From the NCBI GenBank assembly GCA_002449785.1, contig DJXP01000019.1, positions 7,287-71,286 on the forward strand: a stretch of 64,000 nucleotides of DNA, in the 5' to 3' direction. Source of the DNA: Clostridiales bacterium UBA7001 (GTDB lineage Bacteria; Bacillota; Clostridia; TANB77; CAG-508). Numbering within the stretch: position 1 is the stretch's first letter; each line of letters opens with the position of its first letter. The notes under the pieces are model-generated. The model searched no databases and was not told the DNA's origin. It saw only the letters and a list, made by a program, of their open reading frames with translations. Of the stretch, positions 31,440 through 42,637 are shown one piece after another. The translations under genes were made by a program, and so were the position numbers.

Positions 31440-34400
31440 AAAATAATAAAACGAAAAAAGAAACTAAAAAGTTTCTTTTTTTTATTTTTTTAAATAACTT
31501 TTCATATAATAATAGTAAAAATATAACAAAAAGACAATAAAAATTATTTGTTAATTTTTTTAAAAAATTGATAATTCTAAATTAGGAAAATGCTAGGCAA
31601 GAAAGTGTTGTATAAATTCTTTTATTATTTAATAATAAAAGAAAGCCGTTAACATAAATAATTATTATATTAAGTAATATTGATGATATTTATTTTTTGA
31701 ATAATATCAATAATAAAGGAAAAAAATACAGATTTTTTTATAAAATTTTTATTAAGCTATTTAATTTTAAAAAAATTTTAAATAAATTAATAATTTTTTT
31801 AAAATAAATATGTGAAAATATTCAATTAAAATGGCTAAATTAGTATATGTATTATCAAATGATCATTAAATTTAAGTATGAGTCAATAAAAGTATTAGAT
31901 TAGAAAAATAAAATGGCTTAAAATCGATTTTCAAGTGTTTAAATTTTTATATTAAATTATATGAAGTGTATTAGGTCTAAATAATTTGTTATAAATTGTA
32001 ATATATTAATTAATAAAAGTGTTTAATGTATTAAAATAAAAAATATTTACAATAAATTAAAAATTTGACAAACTGGCAACAGAAAATTTAAGCTAAATAA
32101 AAAATAAGATTTTTTATAAAAGCTTATTTTCCTAAAATTATTCAAAACATAAATTAATCATTTTAAAAAATTAAATAAATTAATAAGAATATTAAGTAAA
32201 CTTTAAATAAATATAAATTTAATAGAAATAAAGTAAAAAATTTAAAATCATAAAAAAATGAAAATAATTTTTAGAAAATAAAAATGAAAATATTACAATA
32301 ATTTGATGTAAAAGTTAATAAAATATTAAATTATATACAGAAATGATTAATTATTCACAAAAAGATTAATAAAAATAGAATAATTTTATCTGAGGTTAAA
32401 ATAAATTAATTTTGAAAACTATTCTAAAAATTGGCACAAAGGCAAACAAAAAATACATAAATAATTTATAAATGATAAAACTATATAAACTTTTTATCCG
32501 AAGAAAGTTTTACGATTTATAGATTATATATCATTAAAAAAAGAAAATATTAAGTAAACTTATTTATAAAGAAGTTTTTAATATTTAAAGTTAAATTTAC
32601 TATAAAAATCGAAAAAAATATAAAAATAATATATAAATTAACACTAATTAAATTAATAATATTTTTTATTGAATGATATGAAATAATTAACGATTATTAA
32701 AAATATAGCTAAGAATAGAGTATTTGATGTAGTTTGTTCTTTAAATGAGATTCTTAATATTTATATTTTTTAATTAAGATAAATACTCAAAATTAAATTA
32801 TCAATTTTAATAATTGACTTACTGACAATGCAAAATATATGATTTATAATATTTTTTAAACTATCTAAATTTTCTTATATCCCAAACGATATAACGAATA
32901 ATTGTGTAGATAAAATAATATTTATTCATATTAAAATCACGAGTATTAAGTTAACTAAAACTATTGTAGTTGATTTTGTTTTTATAAAAAAAATGAAAAT
33001 TATTTAACTTAAAAAAATAAAATTACAAGAGAGAAAAAAATATTTTATAAGTATAAGATAATAATAAAAAATATTGAACTTACAAAAGTATACTATTATA
33101 AATGATTATTTAATTTTTAGTAAAATTACTGTAATATAAAACAGCATAAAATTTCATAATTTATAGATGAAAAAAGTTTTGCTTTATTTTTAAATATTCA
33201 ATTTTTATTGGGTAAAAATTGGCAAAAAAACAAACTTATTTTTTATAAAAAAACAAATTTATATAATTTTGTATAAAGGCATAGGATAGTAGTAATTAAA
33301 AATTATTTGATTATATTTTTTTATAAAATAAATATAATTCTTTTTACTATATTAAGTAAACTTATTACAAAAATATTTAGTATATTCAATATTACAAAAT
33401 TTACAGCTATTTTAATTGCATAAAATGTGAAATTTAATAATTATATGTGACAAAAAACTATAACTGGAATAATTAAAGGATCTATAATATTTAATTATAA
33501 TTGTAGATTTGCAAAATAATTTTATAATACAAATTTAATCTTTTAACATATATTTTATAGAGATGCATTGTAGCTTTGATATATTAAATATGAGTAAATA
33601 GTCATTAAATATTTATCATTTAATAATATAAATATTATAAATTTTACTAAATATAATATACTAATTGTCATATTAAAACTAAATAAAAACTACAAAAATT
33701 TATATTTAATAAAGCACAAACAAATTGACAAGATGACAAAACAATAAAAATATATAAATTTATTTTTTTATAACTGACTTTATAGTTTTAAAAAATATTA
33801 GGGAGTACTGTATTTTAACTATTATTAATATAATATAAACTTTATGAGTTTTTTTACATAGAATAATTGTATTCTGTAAACCAGAAATTAATTGTTTTTA
33901 ATCTATAAAAAGCCATAAAAAAACATAAAAATTATGTGATTTTTTTGACAAATTCTTTTTTTTAAAAACATTATTTTACATTTATAATAAATTTTGAAGT
34001 AATAAAATCATTAACAAAAATTATTTTTAATTACATATTTTTTTAAAGCATAAAATATTTTTTTTTCAAATTTTAACTTAAAAAAATATTATTCTTGTTA
34101 ATGAATGTGTTTTCAATGCTTTTATGAATTTTATTATTGTTATACTGATAAAATTAATTTTAATAAAAATTAATTTGTTTTATAAAAACTGAAATTGTAA
34201 TTTTTAAAAATGTTGAAATAACAGCATTCTTTAATTATTTTTCAAAAAATTTATTACAAAATTTTTCTTAATTTTTTTAAATTTTTGTAATTTCATATTT
34301 TTTTTATTTTTGTATTTTTTTAATAATTATTATTTATGAACAAATAATTTTATATATTAGTAAAAAAATGGCTATAAATAGGGATTTTAAAGAAGTTAAA

Positions 34401-35301
34401 AATTATTTTTTTATAATTATTAATATGTATTTTTTTTTACAATTATTATTATAAAAAAATTAACTATCAATAAAGCTTTATTTATAAGACTTTTTGGAAT
34501 TTTTTTTCTTGTTATTTTTTAGATTTTCTTAATTTTCTATAAAAAATAATTTTTTTCTAAATTTTTTATTTTTTTTATCTCTTTTCTTTATTTTTCTTCT
34601 ATTATTTTTTTATTTTAATCTTTATCTTTGATATTGTTTAATTAAAATTTATTAATCTGAATTTTTTCATTCATTTGTTTTTTTGTCTTGTGTATAATTG
34701 CTGTAAAGAGCAGTTATACAGCATTTTAAGATGTGGATATCTAAAATATAGAATTAATATTTTTATAATTTTAAACTTGTTAATTTTTTTTTAGAAGTTA
34801 AAACTATTCTAAATTTAAATCTATGATGCATTGAATCAAAATCTTTATATTAATAATTAGTATTTTGAAAAATTTTTTTATTCGCTGTTTTTAAAGGGTT
34901 TAAGAATTTTTTTTATTTTTTTTCAAAAAAAAATCTTTTTTTATTTATAATTTTTAATAATTTTTTTTTTTATATTTTTCTTTATTTTTTTAATTTATGA
35001 CTTTTTATAATTATTAGTTTAATTTTCTTTTTTAAATTTATAATTTTTTTTTACTTTTTTATAATTTCATCAAATATATCTTTAAAATCTATTATAAATA
35101 TATAATATTATATGGTATAAATTTTACAAATCCACATCTGTAATTCCTTTGTAATAAGTATTTTTAAAATTTTGTGGATTATTTTAAAAATTTTTAAAAA
35201 TAATTAAATTCATTTTAAAAATTTTTTAAAAAATATATTTATTACTGACAAATGATAAAAGATGATATATAATTTAGTTATAAATTATGTGGAGGGATGT
35301 T

Positions 35302-35856
35302 ATGATTTTATATGTTGTAAGGCATGGTGAAACAAAATATAATAAATCTGGAATTTATAATGGACGTATAGATGAAGATATTAGTGATAATGGAATTATG
35401 CAAGCAGAAAAATTAAGAGAAGAAATGTATAATGTTTTATATGATAAAGTATATTGTTCTCCAATGATAAGGGCTAAACATACTTGTGATATTATTAATG
35501 TAAAAGGCATTAAGCCAATCTATGATGATAGACTTATTGAAAGAACTTTAGGAAAAATGGATGGACATGATATTGTTCAAAACGGATTTTCTTTATATGA
35601 TTTTTATAATTACTATTATAAATCAGATGACCCAATGTTTGAAGATTTTCCTACATTATTTAAAAGAGTTCATAATTTTCTAGATGAAATTATTAAAGAA
35701 AATGATAGTGATAGTAATATTTTAATTGTTGCGCATGGTGGGATTTTAAGAGCAATTTATTTTTATTTTAATACTATTCCTAGTGATGGAAATTTAGCAT
35801 CTGTTTATCCTAAAAGTGCTAATTGTGAGCTTATTAAATATGAGATCAATAAATAG
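35302..35856 (+). CDS. histidine phosphatase (phosphoglycerate mutase family)
   Basis: LYVVRHGET, CSPMIRA, LIVAHGG; GGAGG RBS before the second Met. Confidence 0.92.
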   Translation: MILYVVRHGETKYNKSGIYNGRIDEDISDNGIMQAEKLREEMYNVLYDKVYCSPMIRAKHTCDIINVKGIKPIYDDRLIERTLGKMDGHDIVQNGFSLYDFYNYYYKSDDPMFEDFPTLFKRVHNFLDEIIKENDSDSNILIVAHGGILRAIYFYFNTIPSDGNLASVYPKSANCELIKYEINK

Positions 35857-35865
35857 GATGATGAT

Positions 35866-36255
35866 GTTATTGGTTTTAAATGAATAGCGAAAAAATGGGA
35901 TAGTAATATTATGATTAAAAGATATGAAGCTGTTGCATAAGAAATTGATATTATTTATACTTCAATGACTTTGCATCATATAAAGGCTACTAAAGATATT
36001 GTAAAAAAGTTTTATAATTTATTAAATGAAAATGGCATTTTGTGTGTTATGGAATTAGATAAGGAAGATGGAAAATTTCATATGAATGAAATTGATTTTG
36101 ATGGACATAATGGTTTTGAACATAATGAAATGGAAGAAGCTTTTGAAAACACTGGATTTAAAAATATTAGATCCGAAACATTTTATCAGGATAAAAAAAT
36201 ATATAAAGATATAATTATTCCTTATTCTATGTTTTATGCAGTAGGTAAAAAATAG
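35866..36255 (+). pseudogene. class I SAM-dependent methyltransferase remnant
   Basis: In-frame read GFK*IAKKWDSNIMIKRYEAVA*EIDIIYTSMTLHHIK... with stops at 35881 and 35938; no glycine-rich motif I between the N-terminal AKKWD and the DIIYTSMTLHH motif. Confidence 0.7.
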
Positions 36256-36312
36256 GATTTAAAAGAGGTATCAATTTAGATACCTCTTTTTGTTTGATAA
36301 TATTTTTTAAAA

Positions 36313-39300
36313 TTATTTCTTTATTTTTTCTTTAATCTTTTCTTCCTCTTGTACTACATTTTCAATTTCAATTGCTTTTAGGCTTTGTATATCTTTTTTT
36401 AGATTATCTTTTGCAACTGTTGTTAACAGTTTTATTCTATTTGTTTGATTTGTTTCACTTGCACCTGGATCATAATCAATAGGGGCAATGTTGGCATATG
36501 GATATTTTTCTCTAATTGTTTTTATAACGCCTTTTCCTACAACATGGTTTGGAAGACATGCAAATGGTTGAACACAAACGATGTTTGGAATACCATGTTC
36601 TATATATTCTACCATTTCTGCAGTTAAAAACCAACCTTCACCTGTTTGATTTCCAATTGATAATATATCCTTTACTTTTGTCTCAAGTTCAAATATATCA
36701 ACTGGAAGTAAATAATCTTTTTTTGATGTTTTTAATGCTTTTGTAAGTTCTCCTTCAATCATTTCTATAAGTTTTATAACAACTCCAAATATTTTGGCTT
36801 TTGTTTTATCTCTATTTAATAAAGTATTATTAGTAATTTTGTGTGTTGCTATAAATTTTATAAATCCCATAAAATCTGGTGAAATAACTTCAGCTCCTTC
36901 ATTTTCTAATACTTTTATTACTTCGTTATTTCCAAATGGATGATATTTTATTAATACTTCTCCAACTATACCTACTTTTGGTTTTTTAATAGATGTATCT
37001 AATTCTATTGTTTCAAAGTCATTTACCATTTCATAAATACTTTTCTTAAATTTTCCATATGAAGATTTACAGGTTAATGTTTTACATTTCTCTAACCATT
37101 TTTCATACATTTTTTGAGTTTCACCTTTGTTTTTCTCATATGCTCTGTTTTTAAGTAAAAGCTTTTGAAGCAAATCTCCATAAAATACCGCTTTTATAAG
37201 ATTAATTGCCATTGGAACTGTTATTTTAAATCCTGTCATTTTTTCCATTCCAACAACATTAAATGATATTATTGGAACATTTCCAAATCCAGCATCTTTT
37301 AATGCTTTTCTTATAAATCCAATATAGTTTGTTGCTCTACATCCACCACCAGTTTGAGACATAATAATAGCTGTTTTATTTGTATCATATTCACCTGATT
37401 GAAGAGCTTCTATAAATTGGCCTGTTGTTAAAATTGATGGGTAACATGCATCATTATTTACATATCGAAGTCCTGTTTCAACAGTATGTTCAGTACATTC
37501 TCTTAATAGTTTTACATTATATCCTAAGTCTTTTACAGCTGATTCTATTAGCTCAAAATGAATTGGTATCATTTGAGGAATTAAGATTGTATATTTACTA
37601 TCTTTCATTTCTTTTGTAAATGGAACTCTTTTTACTTCATAATTTCCAAGTTCTTTATTTTTTTCATTTACTATTTTTTCTTCTTCTTTAAGTTTAATAC
37701 GTCTATTCATACTTGCAAGAAGAGATCTTATACGTATACGAATAGCACCTAAATTATTTATTTCATCTATTTTTATTAATGTATACATATTATCATAGCT
37801 TTTTAATATTTCTTCTACTTGGTCTGTTGTAACAGCGTCAACACCACATCCAAAAGAATTTAATTGAACAAGTTCTAAGAAATCGTGTTTACCTACAAAT
37901 TCAGCCGCAGCATATAGTCTTGAATGGAATACCCATTGGTCTACTACTCTTAGATGTTTGCTTACTCCTTTTTCAGGATCTATTATACTATCTTCTGATA
38001 ATACACATAATCCTAAACTTGTAATTAAAGTATCTATACCATGATTTACTTCTGGGTCAACATGATATGGACGACCAGCTAAAACTATTCCTCTTAAATT
38101 GTTTTCTTTAATATATTTAATTGTTTCTTTTCCTTTTTTTCTTACATCTGCTTTAAATTTTTGATATTCTTCTTCTGCAGCTTCCGCAGCTTCTTTAATC
38201 TCTCTTTTAGTTAACTTATATTCTTTAAATTGTTCGCTTTCGTAAACTACTTTTACCAAATTTTTAATATCATCAATTGGTAAAAATGGATTTATATATT
38301 TTACATCTGAACTTCTTAATTCTTCAATATTATTTCTAATTACTTCAGAATAAGAAATAACAATAGGGCAGTTGTAATGATTATCTGATGTCTCATATTC
38401 TTGTCTTGAGTATGGAATACAAGGATAAAATATTGTTTTAATTCCTTGATTTAGTAGACTCATTACATGGCCATGTGCAAGTTTTGCAGGATAACATACA
38501 GATTCAGATGGCATAGATTCCATACCTTTTTCATATGTTTTTCTGTTACTTTTCTCAGATATTATTACTCTAAATCCGAGCTTAGTAAGGAATGTAAACC
38601 AAAAAGGATAATCCTCATACATGTTTAATACTCTTGGAATACCAATTGTTCCACGTTTTGCTTCAGATTCAGAAAGTGGTTCATATTTAAACAATCTTTC
38701 ATATTTATATTTATATATATTTGGTAAATCTTTTTTTTCAACAGTTTCGCCTGCACCTTTTTCACATCTATTTCCAGATATAAATCTTTTACCATTTTCA
38801 AATATATTTATAGTAAGTAAGCAGTGATTTTCACATCCTTGACATCTTACATGATTTACTTTTATTTTTAAGTTATCAATTTCTTCTGTTTTCATAATTG
38901 TTGAACGATAAGTCATATCTAAATTGCTATTATATTGTTCCTGAGCAAGTAAGGCTACACCATAAGCTCCCATAAGACCTGCTATATCTGGTCTTACAAC
39001 ATCTTTTCCAACTATTAATTCAAAAGCACGAAGAACTGCATCATTATAAAATGTTCCACCTTGAACCACAATATGTTCACCAAGTGTTGATACATCTCTT
39101 ACTTTCATAACTTTTTGTATAGCATTTTTTATTATTGAATATGATAATCCACTTGAGATATCTCCAACTGAATAACCTTCTTTTTGAGCTTGTTTAATTT
39201 TAGAGTTCATAAATACAGTACATCTAGAACCTAAGTCAACTGGAGCTTTTGATTCTATTGCTTCTTTTACAAAATTTTCTATAGGAAGATTTAAGCTTTT

Positions 39301-40671
39301 TGCAAAAGTCTCTAAAAATGATCCACATCCAGATGAACAAGCTTCATTTAGCATTATATTATCAATAGAATTATTTTTTAATTTTATGTATTTCATATCT
39401 TGGCCACCAATATCTATAATACTAGTAACTGATGGTAAGAATTTTTTGGCAGCTGTATAATGTGCAATAGTTTCAATTTCATTTAAATCAACATTTAGTG
39501 CTGTTTGTATTAGTTTTTCACCATATCCTGTAACACCGCTATATCTTAAAATTACATCTTTTGGTAGGTCTTTATATAATCTTTTAAGCATAGACATAAC
39601 GCTTTTTAGTGGATTCCCTTTGTTATTTTCATATAAAGAATATAAAAGAGCACCTTCTTTATCTATTAAAACTAATTTAGTAGTGGTTGAACCTGCATCT
39701 ATTCCTAAGAATGCATCTCCTGAATAATTTTTAAGCTCTTTTCTTTGAACTTTATCTTTATCATGTCTTTCTTTGAAGTCTTTATAATCTTTAGTGTCTT
39801 TAAATAAAGGATCAAGAGTTTTTCCACTTGTATATTTTGCATTTTTAAATTCTTTTAATTTTTTACTTAATTCATCTGTTGTAATAGTTTTTTGTTCTTT
39901 TGATGCAAGGGCAGCGCCTGTTGCAACAAGTAAATGTGCATTTTCTGGGACAATTATTTTATCTTCACTTAAATGAAGTGTTTCAATAAATCTATTTCTA
40001 AGTTCTGGTTGATATGTAAGTGGGCCACCTAAAAATGCAATTTTTCCACGAATAGGTCTTCCTTGAGCAAGACCACTTATTGTTTGATTTACAACTGCTT
40101 GATAAATAGATGCTGCAATATCTTCTTTTCTTGCACCTTCATTTAATAGAGGTTGAATATCAGTTTTTGCAAAAACACCACAACGAGAAGCAATTGGATA
40201 AATAGTTTCATATGTTTTTGCAAGTTCATTTAAACCATCTGTATCCGTATTTAAAAGTGATGCCATTTGGTCTAAAAATGCACCAGTTCCACCTGCACAA
40301 GTTCCATTCATTCTTTGTTCTATAAATTTATCAAAATATATAATTTTGGCATCTTCTCCACCAAGTTCTATTACGACATCTGTTTCAGGAATTAATTTTT
40401 CAACAGCAGATTTACATGCTATAACTTCTTGAATAAAACTTACTCCTAAAATTTTTGATATATCAAGAGCCCCAGAGCCTGTAAGTGATATTGTAAAAGT
40501 TTTATTTGGATAATCTTTTATGAATTTCATTAGTACATTATATAATGTAGTTTTTGTATCTGAAAAATGTCTCTCATAATTTGAATAAATTAGTTCTAAT
40601 TTATTATTTAAAATTACTATTTTTACTGTGGTTGAACCGATATCTAACCCAATATGTAATAAATCTTTCAT
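36313..40671 (-). CDS. multidomain 2-hydroxyacyl-CoA dehydratase activator-like protein (two ASKHA activase domains plus dehydratase-related domains)
   Basis: GLDIGSTTVK / GIDAGSTTTK, MNGTCAGGTG / LNEACSSGCG, CYPAK, PFACLPNH. Confidence 0.88.
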   Translation of the reverse strand: MKDLLHIGLDIGSTTVKIVILNNKLELIYSNYERHFSDTKTTLYNVLMKFIKDYPNKTFTISLTGSGALDISKILGVSFIQEVIACKSAVEKLIPETDVVIELGGEDAKIIYFDKFIEQRMNGTCAGGTGAFLDQMASLLNTDTDGLNELAKTYETIYPIASRCGVFAKTDIQPLLNEGARKEDIAASIYQAVVNQTISGLAQGRPIRGKIAFLGGPLTYQPELRNRFIETLHLSEDKIIVPENAHLLVATGAALASKEQKTITTDELSKKLKEFKNAKYTSGKTLDPLFKDTKDYKDFKERHDKDKVQRKELKNYSGDAFLGIDAGSTTTKLVLIDKEGALLYSLYENNKGNPLKSVMSMLKRLYKDLPKDVILRYSGVTGYGEKLIQTALNVDLNEIETIAHYTAAKKFLPSVTSIIDIGGQDMKYIKLKNNSIDNIMLNEACSSGCGSFLETFAKSLNLPIENFVKEAIESKAPVDLGSRCTVFMNSKIKQAQKEGYSVGDISSGLSYSIIKNAIQKVMKVRDVSTLGEHIVVQGGTFYNDAVLRAFELIVGKDVVRPDIAGLMGAYGVALLAQEQYNSNLDMTYRSTIMKTEEIDNLKIKVNHVRCQGCENHCLLTINIFENGKRFISGNRCEKGAGETVEKKDLPNIYKYKYERLFKYEPLSESEAKRGTIGIPRVLNMYEDYPFWFTFLTKLGFRVIISEKSNRKTYEKGMESMPSESVCYPAKLAHGHVMSLLNQGIKTIFYPCIPYSRQEYETSDNHYNCPIVISYSEVIRNNIEELRSSDVKYINPFLPIDDIKNLVKVVYESEQFKEYKLTKREIKEAAEAAEEEYQKFKADVRKKGKETIKYIKENNLRGIVLAGRPYHVDPEVNHGIDTLITSLGLCVLSEDSIIDPEKGVSKHLRVVDQWVFHSRLYAAAEFVGKHDFLELVQLNSFGCGVDAVTTDQVEEILKSYDNMYTLIKIDEINNLGAIRIRIRSLLASMNRRIKLKEEEKIVNEKNKELGNYEVKRVPFTKEMKDSKYTILIPQMIPIHFELIESAVKDLGYNVKLLRECTEHTVETGLRYVNNDACYPSILTTGQFIEALQSGEYDTNKTAIIMSQTGGGCRATNYIGFIRKALKDAGFGNVPIISFNVVGMEKMTGFKITVPMAINLIKAVFYGDLLQKLLLKNRAYEKNKGETQKMYEKWLEKCKTLTCKSSYGKFKKSIYEMVNDFETIELDTSIKKPKVGIVGEVLIKYHPFGNNEVIKVLENEGAEVISPDFMGFIKFIATHKITNNTLLNRDKTKAKIFGVVIKLIEMIEGELTKALKTSKKDYLLPVDIFELETKVKDILSIGNQTGEGWFLTAEMVEYIEHGIPNIVCVQPFACLPNHVVGKGVIKTIREKYPYANIAPIDYDPGASETNQTNRIKLLTTVAKDNLKKDIQSLKAIEIENVVQEEEKIKEKIKK

Positions 40672-41192
40672 AAATTTTTTACCTCTTTAAATTATATTTT
40701 TACTATAAAAAAATATAATTACTTTCATAATATCATATATCTTATATCGTTTGTCGGAATTTGTCAATGTATATATTTTCCGTAAGAAAAAATAATTTTT
40801 GTAATAAAAAAGTATTGAGTTTGTTAGATGTTTTATAAATAGTAAGGGAAATAGTAAAACCAAAAATAGGGGATAATCTACCAGTAATAGTCTATAGCAT
40901 AATAGCATTATTAATAATAAATGTAATATTATGGTATAGAACAGAAAATGAGAATAAAGATGTAAAAAGAGAAAGAATGAAAATAAGCAGAATAGAAGGA
41001 AAAAGTTGTATACATAAAAACAAAAGTATAACAAATAAAGGGAAATAAGTAAATGTATTTAATAAAAGATTATCTATTGGAAAGAATTAAACTTTTAAAT
41101 AATTATTTAGTTTATTCAGTTGCATTAGGAATATCTAAAATTAAAATATAAAAATAAAGATTAAAGGATTTTTAAGTTATACTTAGAATCCT

Positions 41193-41852
41193 TTATACTT
41201 TTATTACATAATTTAGTACAAACCAGTAATGACAAAAGCTTCCAAGCATAACAAAAATATGAAAGATTTCGTGAAATCCAAATTGTTTAAATTTTGTTTT
41301 AGGAATTTTTAGTCCATAAATAATACCACCAATAGTATAAAATATTCCACCTAAAACAAGCCACAATAAGCTATAGAGTAAACCACTATTATTAAACACT
41401 TCAATTAATGGTTTAATAATAAGAAGAGCAAGCCACCCCATACCAATGTAAATTGATGTTGTAAGTCCACGTGGTGCAGAAATCCATATAGAAGAAAGAA
41501 TGGTTCCAAAAATAGCTAGAGTCCATACTACTCCAAATATACTCCATCCCCATGGACCTCTAAGTGGTCCCAAACAAACAGGAGTGTAGCTTCCAGCAAT
41601 TAAAATATAAATCATTATATGATCTAATTTTTTAAATACTTTAATTCCTTTTTCACTTATATTTAGCCAATGGTACAAAGTACTGAATAAGTACATTAAA
41701 ATAAGTGTTATTCCAAAAATAGTAAAAGAAACAATGTCATAGCTATCACCGAAAATTGATGCAAAGCAAATTAAAACAACAAGTCCTGCTAGTGATAAAA
41801 CAGCACCTATACAATGTGTAAGCCCACTCATAAAATCTCTAACTTTTGTCAT
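41193..41852 (-). CDS. hemolysin III / PAQR family membrane protein
   Basis: STLYH, LDHIMIYILIAGSYTP, FHEIFHIFV. Confidence 0.92.
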   Translation of the reverse strand: MTKVRDFMSGLTHCIGAVLSLAGLVVLICFASIFGDSYDIVSFTIFGITLILMYLFSTLYHWLNISEKGIKVFKKLDHIMIYILIAGSYTPVCLGPLRGPWGWSIFGVVWTLAIFGTILSSIWISAPRGLTTSIYIGMGWLALLIIKPLIEVFNNSGLLYSLLWLVLGGIFYTIGGIIYGLKIPKTKFKQFGFHEIFHIFVMLGSFCHYWFVLNYVIKV

Positions 41853-42042
41853 ATTTATTTAATCATTCCTTTCTTAAAATGAAATTCTTCTTCAAACTTA
41901 TTTACCTCGAAATTAATTTTATAAATTATACATTATTTTCTTGTTGTACTCAAATATCTGAACACTTAGTCATATTTATACAGTTTAAAATAATGAATAT
42001 TTTTTATATTTAAGAATAGTATGTACAAAAGGAGGAAAAGCT

Positions 42043-42537
42043 ATGCAAAAATGGATAATTTTGATTGTTATTTGTGTAATTATTATTATAGGAGCTTTTG
42101 TAGTAATAAATATGGATGTGGAAACAGAGTATACTCCAGAAGGAGAAGTTGAAGAAGAAGAGCTTAGAAAAACATTAATTACTTTATATTTTAAAAATAA
42201 GGAAACAGGTGAACTTGGTAGTGAAACAAGATTAATAGATTCAAAAGAATTATTATTAGAACCTTATGAGAAATTTGTTAAACTTTTAACTCAAGGTCCT
42301 GAAAATGAAAAGTTTGAGAAAGTTATTCCAGAAAATGTAAATTATTCAAATATAGAATTTAAAAACGGATATGTTAATATTACTTTTTCTGATAATTTGT
42401 TAGACGAAAATATAAGTGATGAAACAAGGAAGCTTATGACAACAGCTATATATTATACATTAAGTAATTTAACTGAAGTAAATGGAATAAGAATTTTAGT
42501 AGGAGATAGTGTTATAGAAGAAATTCCTATACAGTAG
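42043..42537 (+). CDS. GerMN-domain membrane-anchored protein
   Basis: TLYF...ETR, LLTQGP, IYYTLSNLTEVNGIRILVG. Confidence 0.75.
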   Translation: MQKWIILIVICVIIIIGAFVVINMDVETEYTPEGEVEEEELRKTLITLYFKNKETGELGSETRLIDSKELLLEPYEKFVKLLTQGPENEKFEKVIPENVNYSNIEFKNGYVNITFSDNLLDENISDETRKLMTTAIYYTLSNLTEVNGIRILVGDSVIEEIPIQ

Positions 42538-42637
42538 ATTATCCAGAAACCTCATTCTACTGTTTGTCTGACCTCTTGACAAAGATTTTTTAAAAAGGTA
42601 AAATCGAAGGTGTTAAATTTAAGAAAGAGGTAAAAAA

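Noticed and set aside
32175..33363. A true dif site
   Set aside because: Only XerD-arm-like halves are present, no XerC arm at 6-bp spacing, and the locus is near oriC rather than the terminus.
40687..41034. 115-aa hydrophobic minus-strand ORF
   Set aside because: Low-complexity F/L/Y composition expected from the reverse of A-rich DNA; no RBS.
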